Assembly: GCF_009914755.1 (NCBI RefSeq)
Contig: NC_060933.1
Strand: one strand, 5' to 3'
Origin: the human T2T-CHM13v2.0 reference genome, Homo sapiens
DNA length: 64,000 bases
Shown here one piece after another: positions 12,880 through 26,211 of the stretch. The position numbers and the translations under genes were made by a program. Numbering within the stretch: the first letter of the stretch is position 1; each line of letters starts with the position of its first letter. The notes below the pieces were generated by a model. It did no database searches, had not been told where the DNA came from, and was given only the letters and a program-made list of their open reading frames with translations.

Positions 12880-14068
12880 AGGCAAAGGACCTAAATAGAC
12901 ACTTCAAGACACACAAATGGCCAACAGCTATGTAGAAGAAATGCTCAACCTCACTAATCATCAGGAAAAGGCAAATTAAAACCACAAGAAGGTGTCACCA
13001 CACACCTGTTAGAATGGCTATTACCAAAAGGAGGAAAGATAAGAAGTGTTAGCCAGGGTGTGGAGAAAAGGGAACACCTGTGCACTGGCAGTGGGAATGT
13101 AGGTTAATATAGCCATCATGGAAAATAGTATGGGGGTTCCTCAGAACATTCAAAATAGAACTGCCATATAATCCAGCAATCCCAATTCTGTGTATATATT
13201 TAAAGAAATTGAAATTAGTATGCCAAAGAGATTGCTACACTCCCATGTTCACTGTACATTATTCACAATAGCTAAAATATAGAAGCAACCTAGGAGTCCA
13301 TCATCAGATGAACAGGTAAAGAAAATGTGGTGTACAGATGGTCTCCAATTTACGATAATTTGACTTCCACTTTTTTGTCTTCACAATGACAAAAAAGTAA
13401 TATGTATTCAGCATTGCTTTGAGTATTAAGATGGTATAAACCTATTGTAAGTTGAAAATATCGTAAGTCAAAAGTGCATTTTCAACTTACCGTATTTTCA
13501 ACTTAAGATAGGTTTATTGGGTGAGTCCTAACCCCATTGTAAGTCAAGGAGCATCTGTATAGACACAATGGAATACTATTCAGCCTTAAAAGCGGGAAAA
13601 TTCTGTCATTTTCAACAAAATGAATGAACCTGGAAGACATTATGCTAAGTGAAATAAGCTAGACACAGAAAGACAAATAACTGCATGATCTCACGTATAT
13701 GTGGAATCTAAAAAAAATGAATTCATAGAGGTAGAAAGTAGAATGATGACCACCAGAGGCAGGTGGGGTGAGTGGGGAAAGGGACGATGTTGATCAAAGG
13801 GCATAAAGTTTCAGGTAGATGGGAGGAATAAGCTTTAGTGATCTGTTGCACAGAATGGTGACTCTAATAAATGATAATGCATTGTATATTTCAAACTTGT
13901 GAAAAGGATAGATTTCAAATGTTTTTGCCAAAAAACAGTGTGAGAGATGATGGATTTGTTAATTTACCCAATTTAATCCCTCCACATTGTAAACATATAT
14001 CAAAACATCTTACTGTACTCCATGAATATATACACAATCATTATATGTCAATTAAAAATAAAATGTTA
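12880..14068 (+). mobile_element. L1MA-type 3' portion (ORF2 end and 3' UTR)
   Basis: atgctcaacctcactaatcatcagg...gtggagaaaagggaacac...atccagcaatcccaattctg...tgtcaattaaaaataaaa; interrupted at 13335-13557. Confidence 0.9.
13335..13557. mobile_element. MER47/Tigger5-family MITE (TcMar), internally deleted
   Basis: TIRs cagatggtctccaatttacgat and attgtaagtcaaggagcatctg; TA duplicated at 13333-34 and 13558-59; the flanks rejoin to the L1 motif aaaatgtggtgTAtagacacaatggaatactattc. Confidence 0.85.
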
Positions 14069-15671
14069 AAAATTTTTGAAACCTATTTGATCACAGTACC
14101 ACATAAAATGTGGGCATTAATTTTTCACATTACCATCAGTACCTGAGTCTAGAACCTAAATTTGGTAGCTGGCGAATGTGATCATCAGGGAAGGAAATGC
14201 ACTTACTATGCTCTGTGGAAATTCCCCTTCCCCTGCCCCAGCCATCCTCACTGGGAGCACAGAGCTGGGTTTGGGAAACCTCGTGTGACACTTCAGAGGT
14301 TTCCAGCAGGCCATAGATTTATTTACTTTTTCTGTGGTGATGAGAAGTATCAGACTTTTGGTCAAGCCTTGGCCTCCATTCCACTTGAAAATGGAAGTTT
14401 CATAAATGAAGCTTCCTGTGTATGTATTTAATTTATATTTCATAAAGCAGTTACTGTCCATTAAATAAATACCACCTGATTGTTGGAAACCTATTTGAGG
14501 GTTAATTGTTGTGTAATGAGATATGTCTCTATTACACAGTGTCCTTAGCTTCAATCAATATGTTTTTAATCACCTATAGTCAGTTGGTTCTTGAGGCTCA
14601 TATAGTAGCTATTCTGTTCAGTTTAAGATTTCATAACATAGTTATCATACGTTAAATTAAAACTGACATTTCCAAAACATATCTAATTAGGGTTAGCAGC
14701 TACATTGACCATAGTCTATGGCTAAAAGAAGTCAGTCCACAAATTCAATAAATTGTTGTAAAGAAATGGAACTGTCTTTAACGTATATCACTCTCCCATA
14801 CAGATGGAATTTATACTCATGCAAATTGGCTTAGTAGAAAGTATACAAGCTTTAATGCCAGGTCATACATTTCCCGTCCTCAGCTTTATCACTCCCAGTC
14901 AATGGGACCTTGAGCAAAGCCATCTCACCTCTGATCCTCTGGGCCTTCTTCCATCAAAATGTGCTCATCCTGCCCACGTCACCTGGCTTTTGTGAAGAAT
15001 TTAGCAAGATAACGGTGAAATGCCAAGCACACACACTCTATGTTCAAGAAACATCAGCTCCCATTTTGTGCAACATTTTCCAGAGCTGTTTAGCTTCTTA
15101 AAAATTCCCTTTCCCTGCAAAGCCTCTGGTGTTTTCCACTACATCCATCAATGCCAACCTCTCGCCCCTGGCCATCCTCATGTCCTCCTGCTGTTCTCAC
15201 ATCTGTGGTCTAAGAGAATACAAGGGTTTCCCTTAAAAAAACATATTCAGATCCTCCCACAGCCTGTGTCCTCACACATGGGCAACTGAATAAATAATTC
15301 AAGGCCACCCCTGGTTTTCCTAACTCCTTTATTTTTATCTGTCTTGCAAACACGTGTTGACTGGGTTGTTTCAGTTATCTGACAATTGGCCATGGTATAT
15401 TGGAAATAGTACTGGACTGAAAACCAAGAAACCTGGGTCTGAAGTCTTTGTGACCTCATCCATTCCCTCTGCCTTTGGCCTCAGTTTTCTGATGTGTAAG
15501 CCAAAGATGTTCTAGGCTTTCTCAACCAAGGTTCCTCTTCTAAATTTTAAGACATGGAAAATGATTTGTGTAACTATTTCCTCATTTCTCCCAAAGATGG
15601 TATATAATAAGTACTATTTTAGTTTCATAGGAGACAAGTTAATTCATTATATACAATGGATGCCTTGGAGA

Positions 15672-15863
15672 AACACTGTCCAATAGGATTTGCTGCAATA
15701 ACGGAAATATTCTATATCAGTACTAACATTATAGCCATTAGCCAACTGGGGCTTGAAATGTGACTGGTGTGACTGAAGAATCAAATTTCAAATTTTATTT
15801 ATTTTTAATTAAATTAAGTTTAAATAGCCACATATGGCTAATAGGTGCCATATTGGACAGCAC
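15672..15863. mobile_element. MER3-like hAT MITE
   Basis: Inverted termini cactgtccaatagg...ccatattggacagcac. Confidence 0.8.
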
Positions 15864-16879
15864 ATACTTAGAGCTTTAAGCTTTAATTTTCATGAAACCC
15901 AAGTAAGAAAGATGAGCTCTCCCAGCTTTGGTATCCTGCATGTCTATGATTTCATTGTGTATGTTTGTGTGTGTTTATGTGTAGATATAGGTATCCATGA
16001 AGACAATGTGAATGTGAAAGGTAGGAAACACATACAATTCCTAGATGTGTAGGACAGGACATCATACATTTGCTTCAGCTGGATGATTATTTGTTCACTC
16101 ATCCAAGTATTTATTGGGAGCCTGGGATGTATCAAGAATTCACTGAAACTCAGGTGGCTTTATGTGTATCACCCACAATGAAACATCTAAAGCACATAGA
16201 CGAAATAATGAATGACCATCAAGGTCAGCATGGTTCCTGAATTCATCCCAGAACATTTGTAACCCCAGTGTCAGTCTAAAGCCAGTCATGTGACTCAAAG
16301 CCACTATGCGTGGATTGTGGTCATCCTAAGGGAATGCCTCCATTAGCAGTGCTGAGGAAGCCTTTCTCTCCACTCCTACTTTTCTGCATTTGAGTATATT
16401 TGTATAATTGTTATTATTGCTACTCCAAGAGTAACTCATGTATTTAAAATATGTAGAAAATTTAGAAAACCAGAAAGAGTAATAATAGGGGGTGGGATCA
16501 ATCATCCTATATTCCATTGCCCAGAAATTGCTGCTGATAATATTTTGTTTCATAGTGTTATTTGAACATTGAGATATTGCTATAGATTTAGCTTTGGATA
16601 TTACTTTTTCATTTAATATTATAGCTTACACATTTTCCATGAAGTTGCATAATATTTATAAATATTTCTGCAATAACTGCTTGCCATTCCATTAAGCATA
16701 TTAACCATGGGCTATTTAATGATTCTCTTATCACTGAATATTAATATTAGTGTGCTTGCAAAATTTCCACCTACATATGGTTTCATATTTACAATGATAA
16801 GGCTGAGAATGCAAAACCTACAATTTGAAGGTCTGCACTAAGTTAGCCATGAGTATTAGCACATGCCTAAGTGACTGGT

Positions 16880-16951
16880 ATCCATCCATCCATCCATCCA
16901 TCCATCCATCCATCCATCCATCTATCCATCCATGCATACATCCATCCATTC
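16880..16951. repeat. (TCCA)n microsatellite, probably an L2 tail
   Basis: About 11 perfect TCCA units followed by degenerate units; L2-like sequence follows. Confidence 0.9.
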
Positions 16952-18502
16952 AACTGCTTATACTGACCAACATTATAAAATAAGTTGTGTGCTGTGCTGT
17001 GTGAAATAAAAAGATGGTTATTAGATATTGACTTTGTCCTCAAGGACCTCACAATCTATTAGGATAAACTCTCCTGCATGTCAAAAAAGTTTTCACAGAG
17101 GAAATGATGTCAAAGGTGAACTTGAAGGAGGAGAAACATCAGCCAAGTGAAAAAAGTCTGCAGAGGGGATGTGGGTAACATGACGCAACATGATAGGTAG
17201 ACAGAGCTTATCATGGAGAGAAACAAAGCTAGAGTGAAGCAGAGGATAGTATGAAAGAGCATTGAATACCACATTATATGGCATTAGGGGATAAAATCAC
17301 TGAAAGAGGTAAGCAGAGGCATGACTTGTTCATCTTGAGGTTTGGGGATGATCTACTGTCCGCTGTGTGGAGGAGGAACGGGGAGAAACAGCACACTCTG
17401 ATGCTCACAAGCACACGGTTCCTGACTGTGTGAGCCCAGAGGCATAGTGAACGTCCCTGTGAGGGGAAAGCCATAAGGAAGGCTTCAGACCTGGCTTCTC
17501 CATTGCATCCTTTCAGGTAGCCAAAGCACAGAAGTTCTTCCAGGAATGATGAAAGAGTTATCATCAGGACCATTGCACTTTGAGAAATAATGGGTTGTGC
17601 TGGGACATTTCTCGACGTCTTCCCGAGATTTTGTTTCCAGTCCCTCTGCAGAGGTCACTCAGATTTGCAGTTTTCAGTTCACAATAAGACAGGAGAAGAG
17701 GACTCATTCCTCTCCCTTCTCCACAACTGCCTCATAAACAGATGCCAAATCTGGAAAATGAGTAGGATCCCAGAGACTCTATAGCCAAAGGAAGATTGAA
17801 TCCAGATACACAAGACCCAACTTGGTAGGGGAAGCCATCATAATATTCCACTTCTGGGACTGGTCCCATTGAGGGATTGGCTAGCCCCTTGGAAAGCCGC
17901 TAAAATGAATTAGATGGCATGGTAGAGAAACTGCTTTTGACTGTAAAATCGAGGAGTGACTCATCCATCCACAGAATGTCAAGGCTGGATGGTTCTTTAG
18001 GCATCATTTAATCCAGCCCTCTTATTTTCAGAAGAAGGAACCATGCCATCTTCATATTTAATGCCTAAAACACAAGATGGTGTTTGGCACATAGTAGGTA
18101 CCTGATAAATATTGTAAAAGGAGTAAACTTTGAGAACGAAATGGAGCAAGAGATTTTCTCATAACTACATTGCAAATCCTCAGTGGAGCTTTATATGCCT
18201 GATAAAATTAAAATTATTGCAGGTGGTGAGACTTCAGCCTGTTGACTTTGTGCTGCTAAAAGTCAGAGAAATGTATGCATCATCAGAACAGAAGCCACTT
18301 AGGCTCAAACGAGGTTCTTGCTGGGCAATGGGGAGGCATTTCACTTACGGTTATTTCCAGAAGCCTTGGCATATGTAGGCAGGAAAGGGGGAAACACAGA
18401 TTTGTTGTGTCCTCTGCCCCATTGACTCTGGCCTAGTCCCATCAGTTGCTCATTCAACTGTTCCTAAGTCGGTGCATTTTCCCTCTTTCCTTGGCCTCCT
18501 AG

Positions 18503-18624
18503 AGAATTGGGATCAGCATGTCATCTTTGCCTGGAAGGGAGAATCCTGGTGCAGTATGCTTCCAACGCTTCCTCCCCAATGCCCTGCAGCCCATCAGGAC
18601 ACTGGAGCCCTCGTGAAGCAGAAG
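18503..18624 (+). CDS. PAPPA: PAPPA exon 6
   Basis: Acceptor ttccttggcctcctag|A and donor GAAG|gtaagc. Encodes (R)ELGSACHLCLEGRILVQYASNASSPMPCSPSGHWSPREAE. Confidence 0.96.
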
Positions 18625-20299
18625 GTAAGCCAGCCTTCTGGAAGCTCATTGACAGGAGGAGTGTGCAAAGAACAGCTCTTTCAATGTATATGGGGTTTTA
18701 TTATTTTTATGGGTCTTTGCCATGTATCATTTCATTTGAGTAACATCATCCTGCAAGGTTAGTAGTCAAGCGCTCATCCATTTGACAAATACTTTTTGAG
18801 CACTTGCACTATCCTAACATGTTGTTCTCATATTACAAATGAGGAAACAAAGACAATAAGATATTAAAGAAGTGCCCAAGGCCACACACCTGATACAAAC
18901 ACAGTGTCTTGGGGGTATTTATATATCCTTCAGACCCCAACTGCTTGTAGTTACAAACAAGGCCACTTTAGAGTCAATACAAATATTTTGGGGCTTCAAG
19001 GCATCAGTGGTCTTTGATTCTTCTTCTGTTATTTCTTAGACTATACAGAGCACTTTCACATGTGTTGCAACTATTCCTTTTAATTTCTTCTATATACCCT
19101 CTTTTTGGGATCTATTTACCTGTAAGACACATAAAGGAAGTGCCTTATGATTGCCACTATTATGGGTTCCACCCACTATCAGACTCTTCCCTGCTCAGGG
19201 TTGTCTCTCAGGCTTACCAAGGAACCAATGATCTCTGTGCTTTCTTACATCATCATTGAAATTAAGAGAAGAATACCTTTTGCCAAATGCTTGTTGTCAC
19301 ACTTTGTCACTTGGCCTCAGAACCAGGCTGGCAGAGGCTCCATACTTTCCTCTTAGTCTTTCATCTCCCCCTCCCTGGTACTCAGGGATGTACACATAGA
19401 CCCTGCCCCCACCCAGTCCCTCTTGCTCTTCTGCAGGTTAGCTCATGCCAGCAGTCACTGGGTGAGGACACTATTACACCAGTGCATCAGAGGGAGCGGA
19501 ATCAGTCTTCTCACTGAACACCAGTGAGAACTCCTCCGCTATCCTCTATATTTTTAGAAAGAAGGTTGAAAAGAAAAAGCCAGAGATAGAATAAAGCAAG
19601 GGGGAAGGATCAGAGAGGAAAGTGAAGTTGAAAAACGACGGCACTGCACTTTATTTTTTAAAGTAGCTTAAAATAAAAATGAGAGTCAAACTTGGGAAGT
19701 CTAAACAAATCCATCTGGAATGTAAAGCAAGAGGGATGTCTGGGAAAAGCCCTCAGTTCAGCCTCACAGAATCACAGGCTGTCAGACCTGAGAGGGATGC
19801 CTGGGGTCATCTGGCCCGGGCTCCCCCCAAGTGCAGGAATCCCCTCTATGTGCATCCTCACTGAGGTTCCCTGGAGCCTGTTCAAGCTCCAGTTTTTTAG
19901 AAAGTTCTCAAAATCTGCAATTGTAATTTTTCCACCCAAACTGAACCCACTTTGGGTTGTCACAGAGAATGTGTGTCTCTGCCACCTGACAACATTTTGC
20001 ATGCTTGTATCTAGTGAGCCTGTCTCACTAGTGACCAACACAGGCACTATATGCTGGGCACTGTCTTGGGCACATGGGCAAGGCAGTGCTGAGTGTCTGC
20101 TAGGGAAGTCAGATAAGTAAATGGCCAATTACCATTCAATGTGAACAGGCTTATGGTAATAGAAGTACCAAGTGGTGCTGGGGGCCCATAAGAAGGGGAC
20201 CCCATGCAGAACTGGAGACTCAGTCTTCCCATGAAATATCACAACACTATTAACGAGGTGCATCTGAGAATGTGAAAAAGTTTGGTATGTTCACAGAGT

Positions 20300-20630
20300 G
20301 GCTGTTTTCTAAATCTACTTCAGAGGCTTATAGGGTTCCTGGAGACGTTTATAGGGTATCCTCAAAGTCAAAAGTATTTTCATACAATTACATATGACAT
20401 CATTTGCTTTTTCCACTCTCATTCTCTCCTGAGAGTCCAGTGGAGCTATCTGATAGACACATGACATGTGATGTCATTTGTGCTCTGATAGCTAATGGAA
20501 CACACTCTTCTGTATTCTTGAATTTTTAAATTTCTTAGCTTTAGTTTATAAAGCAGAAACTACTAATAGATATAACCTGCATAAGCAAAAGTTCAGTAAG
20601 GCTATAAGAGTTTAAGTAGGTTCAGAACAT
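20300..20630 (+). mobile_element. Charlie1-family non-autonomous hAT element
   Basis: gtcaaaagtattttcata...ttccactctcattctctcctgagagtccagtggag...catgacatgtgatgtc and tagatataacctgcataagcaaaag resemble recalled Charlie1 5' and 3' ends. Confidence 0.7.
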
Positions 20631-22724
20631 GTAAAACAAGGTAGAGGTGGCAGAGGTAAGACAGATGAGATAGATAATGGCCAGGTGAGGACGGGTTTGG
20701 ATTCACAGCAAGGGCAGTGAGAAAACCATGTGCTTTATGAGGGCATGATATATGGTAAGACCTGCATGTCATAAAGATTGCTCAGACTGCTGTGTGAAGA
20801 AGAGATCAAGAGGATTTGGTTGCTAGAGGAAGGGAAGCAGCAAGGTGACTGTTGCCAAAATCCAGCTGAGGAATGATGGTGGGCTGGTGAGGTCGGTGGC
20901 TGTGAGAATGGAGAGAAGTTTATGGGGTTGAGAGGTACTTGGAAGGTAGAATTAGCAAGATTCTCCCCTGAGATGTCTCTGGCTAAAATTATCTTGCTTT
21001 GTTCTACCACTTGTTTGAATAAAATTATTTCCAGACATCTCCCCACACTTACATCCAATGCAACTATTAGTTGGTGAAGTTTGCTCCTAGTTTGTTCCTG
21101 ACCTTCTTAAAGCATGATATGCAGAATGGAGTTCAACTGGAGGCACTGAGGTCTCTGGTTCCCTGAGCCAATTCGGAGCTCCAAGGAAACCCAGCAGCCT
21201 TGGGTTTTCCTCCTATGTAAATTTAGTACATGTGCACCAGGAAAAGACACTGTTCTTTTTTTAGAGCATCCTATTACAGTCTCTGTGATCCTTTTGGCTC
21301 AGACCCTTTTAATATCCTTGAAGAAATAAACTTTTCCATGAGCAAAACTCTGCAATTTATTTCTCAACTCATTCTCATCCTATTTATCTTCACATGTTTA
21401 AGTTTTTGGACTTCCCAAACTAACTTAAAACTCCCAAATTCATGAGCAATGCCAGACATATCTGTATGGTTGGGGAAAAAACATGGGGAATGCAGGGGAG
21501 GGAAAGGAGGAGGATTGGACCATGGTCTCAGCCCTACTATTGATGTACTCTGTGCCCTTGAGTGAGTCACATAGCTTCTCTGAAAATGGCATTGTATCCA
21601 CAGAATGAAAAGTTGAAATATAATATCCTTTCTAGCTCTAATATTGCATGGAGCTGTAACTTCTTTTCATATAATCCCATATTAACTAGCAGAAGATTCT
21701 TCATTTAACAAATCTTTATTGGAAATCTACTGCATTTCATTAGCTTCATTTCTAAGAAGGTAAATACAGTCATAGAACTGCTTGCCTTTGTTCATAGACA
21801 GTGGTTGCACTCCTACCCCTTGAGCAAAAACTGTATTTCATACATGAATATTTTTGAGATATTTGATGCCATGTTTTATCTGTAGCCTATAAATTAGATA
21901 AATATATATTTCTTGATCTGACTGACTCAAATCCCAGTTAAGATCACTTATGCAAGTATAAAATAGATCCCAAGTGTTGGGTTTTCCATGAGAGATTAGC
22001 ACATGGCACTAACTGTTTTTATTTTTTCTCATTTGTGTGTTTTCTCTATTTTTCTGCCCAGAATATTTCAGGTGTGCTTAACTATTCACCTGGAAAAAAG
22101 CTTGGCACCAAGTTTTTATAACTATATTTGTGTCAACAGCTGCAGTGTATATATATATATATATAGATATATAACGGGTGCCTGTATAGTGCTTCACAAA
22201 AGTAAATATAGATCAGCATGATTATGTATAAATATATGTCTATACACATATATGACCTTATTTCTAGTGGACAGTTTATATAAACATGTAATTTTTAATT
22301 TAATCACTGTATATACAAAAGGATATCTATTAATAATGAAGTAACAGGGCTTTTACACTTAGTTCTCTTTTCTTCTTTGTTTATTCTTTTCTCCCCTTCC
22401 ACCTTTCCTCCTCCCCCTTCCTTATCTTCTTCCTTCCCTTCTCGCTTTGTTTCTTTTCTTCAGCTCCTGTCCTTACCTTCCAACTACATGTCCAATCAAT
22501 CTCCCAGCTGTGTTCACTTTTCCTCCTTAGGAATTCTGACTTGCCATCTCCTTGCATGCTTTCTTGCAGTTCATATATTGTCTGCGTTAGTCCAATACTC
22601 TCCTAACTAGTCTTGCAAGACTAAAAGCTCCCTGAGAACAGAGATCATGTTGGCAAGCTTATTCTCTTGGAGCCTAGCCTACCTCTGGACACACCTGGCA
22701 CTGAATAGTTACTCTTTGAATGCA

Positions 22725-22783
22725 TGGAATGAATGGGCGGATGGATGGATGGATGGATGGATGGATGGATGGATGGATGGATA
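22725..22783. repeat. (TGGA)n microsatellite, L2 tail
   Basis: About 11 perfect GGAT units after the L2-like 3' end (agctccctgagaacagagatc...cctggcactgaatag). Confidence 0.9.
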
Positions 22784-22813
22784 GTGTCTGTGTCTCTAAA
22801 CAGTGGTTTTTCT

Positions 22814-23126
<313 letters not shown>

Positions 23127-24979
23127 AACAGTGGTTTTTCTAAAAGGCGACCCTGATGTCACTCATTTGCTTAAAATTTCTCAGTAGCTCTTCGTCTATT
23201 TCAGTGTAAAGTTCAGTTTCCTCCTTAATGTAGTATACAAGCCACTTCACAATCTTGGTTCTACTTAGCTTACCAGCCTCAGCATTTGTTGCTCTACAAT
23301 TGCACTTGAAAACCATAGTAACCTTAACTTACACTCTCTCCCAACTATTCTCATGCTTGGAATACCTCCTCTTACCAATATTTTCCTTGTTAATACGTCC
23401 CTACTTTCCAGGACAGAGCTAATATATTTATGGGAATCTATTAATGATCTCATCCTATTTGAGGTTTACAGCAACCTTGAGGTAGGTAACATTACAGTAG
23501 GTAACACAATGAGAAACCCTATAACTGATATTTTAACCCAACTTTCATTCCTTCAAAGCCTGGCACGCTGCCTGGACCAACAATATCATATTCTACTCCC
23601 TGCCAGGGAATTTCTGAACCATCTGAGTCTCAGTTTCCTCTTCTGTAAAATGAATTTCATAAGACCTGCGTCACAGACTTAGTGCCAACGTAAAAAGACC
23701 TGAGGCGTGTAATGTGCTTGGCACAGTGCCTGCACATTGAGGATGGTCAACTCGTGAAGGCTGGCATTATTAATGAGGTTGCTGCTTTGGTTATGGTTAC
23801 ACTTGGTGCCTCTAGGGACTCTTTTTTACATCTAAGGGTTTGTCTCTAATAACCAGACAACCACAAGCTTTGCTAAGATTTCTACTCCTGTTTACTTGCT
23901 TGAGCATAATGACCAGACTCACCTTCCTGTCCTTTGGAAGTATTTGGTCCCTCTGTTGATTAACAAGAAACTAGGGAGGAAGGATGAGCCAGGCAGATTT
24001 GTCATCTTTGCTCTCCTGTGGCTTCCCACCCCTGACAGTCATTTTCTCCAAGGAAGGGAGGAAGATTACATCATCCCTTGCCAGTTGCAGGAGAAAGCCC
24101 ATGGAGGGGTGGAATGTTCACCTGGCACCCACCATCAGGAAGCATGCTTTAATGTTCTATGCTGTAACTTTTAACTCAATGTTAACAGGCTAGAAGGTTA
24201 ACAAATATTTATTTAGCATCTGCTATGTGAATACTCTATGGACTAGGCACACTGTATTAAGCAAAAGCTACATGGCGTTGAGCGAAGCAGTGCTCTTTAA
24301 TAGAGACAAAATGACAACGATCTTACAGGATTTTGATGACAATCAGATGAGTTAACTAATAACTAGGAGATGTGTTTCATATACTGTAAAGTGCTGCCTT
24401 CAATGAAGTTGACTGAATGAATAAGTGATACATGTGTGTCAACATCCCACAAAGTTAAGAAAGTCAGGAACTCAGTGTGTGGGAAAGTAGACAAGAAGAA
24501 AGGCTTCAGCTAGGTGGGGAGTCCTACTTGTGTTTTACACCCTAAACTAAAGGTTGCTTTGAGCCAGCAGTTACTGCAAATAATGAATGAAACTAGCCAA
24601 GGAGAGATAGAGGAAATCTTGTAATTAAATCCATCTTTTCTTGCTGTGATGCATTATATCTAAGAAGCCTCTGTGTATTTTCTCACCCCTCCTTCTCTTT
24701 TCCTCTTCTCTTCTCCATCTCCACTTGGTGGCTTCTTTCTTTCCTTGGCTAAGCAGAGGCAAGGAGGTTAGAGGCATTTACAGCCTTCACTGGCATAGTT
24801 TTTTCACTCCAAATAACTTTCTAGTATTGACATTATAGTGATTCCTGTTACCCTGTAACATTACCACAAAGCGTTTTTAAGCAAAGATCTTTTTTTTTTC
24901 TTATTTGCTTCAGAAATGTCTAGGGTCACCACCACCCTCCCAACCAACCACTGAGGCTGAAGAAAAAAAAAGAATGTGG

Positions 24980-25113
24980 CTAGGTGGGCATGGGGACACA
25001 TGCCTATATTCAGCTACTCAGGAGGCTGAGGCAGGGGAATTTGAGCCTGCAATGAGCTACAATCAGACCATTCCACTGCAGCCTAGGCAACAGAGCAGGA
25101 CTCTGTCTCTTAA
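24980..25113 (+). mobile_element. Diverged Alu monomer (FLAM/FRAM/AluJ fragment)
   Basis: gctactcaggaggctgaggcagg...cactgcagcctaggcaacagagcaggactctgtctc. Confidence 0.8.
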
Positions 25114-26211
25114 TTTTTTTTTAAGGTGTCTAGTTGGGCAACTTGAGGTCCTTCATCTTACCATCCGGTCTGTCTCTCTCATGAGGCTCCCTTAAACAAA
25201 TTAGAGCCAATCACTACATTGAGTCCTGGTTATTTTCCTCAGTAGTGCAAGGAAGAGCTCTCTGGGAGTCTAGATGTGATCTCAGCAGAGAAAAATTCAG
25301 AAGTCGCTGCAGGCTGAGATCAGTGGGGATGAGGCATCATCTCCCTAGGGAAAGAGGAGAAGAAACCCTCCTTCCTTCTCCCCGCTCCTCACCCAACCCT
25401 CCCCTTCCTGAGTGAGACAGAACAGAGTGCGGAGAAGCTCAGTGGTATGGAATGACTGCATGTAGAGAAGGGGAGGAGGAGAGATAAGAGGGCTCCAAGG
25501 CTGCCTTCCAGCTCTGTTGTTCATGGTTCTAGACAGTTTCCTCCCAGGTCCTCAGTCTGCAGGGTGGATGCTATTTATGCTCACCTATTCTTTGCTGGTC
25601 GGGGGGTGGGGTTAGGATTTCTGTCAGTCCAAGTAGGTTTTACCAATGGCAGTAATACCACAAGGATTCTAATTTATTCTACTGTCCCCTGCATCCAATA
25701 GGGAGAACAGCAAAGAATACAGATTCCAAAATGAAACAAAACTTGGTTCCAATGCTGGCTTTTACACTTCAAGTTGTATGAACCTGATCGATTCACTCTA
25801 TATTTGGGAGCCTTAGTTTTATCACCTCCTAAATAAGTCCTTGCAAGAATTAAAGTTCAGGGGACACAGTGGGTGTTTAGCCAATATGTACCCTTTACTT
25901 CTTTTCATCTTAGGCAGCACAGCCTCCTAAGTGGAAGATGAGGAAGGAAAGTTTGAACATTGACTCGGTAGTGAGATGAAAGCAGTTTGACTGAATGTCT
26001 GGTGATTCCTCTGAAATCTGTATTGCAGGGGTGGGGATGAGATGGATGCTGTGTGTATAGCAGATTCACCAAGGCACCAAGAACCTTCCTCTCCTTTTCC
26101 CCTCTGTCTAAGTTCTAGTCAGACCAATTTCTCCTGGGGTCCACAGGAAACTCTAAGGATGGGAATAAAGCTCTTTCCCCAAGAACTCATTCCCTCATCT
26201 CTTCTGCATAG

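Noticed and set aside
18499-18506. Tandem AGAG at exon 6 and exon 9 acceptors
   Set aside because: 2-nt spacing is not NAGNAG; only the first AG keeps the PAPPA frame.
19410-19468. Pyrimidine tract with cag|gttagc and a nearby tgg|gtgagg (25-nt pseudo-exon or recursive site)
   Set aside because: Poor match to recursive AG|GTAAG, frameshifting, in a modest-size intron; such pseudo-sites are common.
19692-20128. Overlapping 142-aa (+) and 118-aa (-) ORFs; likewise 14156-14554 and 30145-30543
   Set aside because: No recognisable domain, partly overlapping SINE/LINE relics, and of a length expected by chance in 64 kb.
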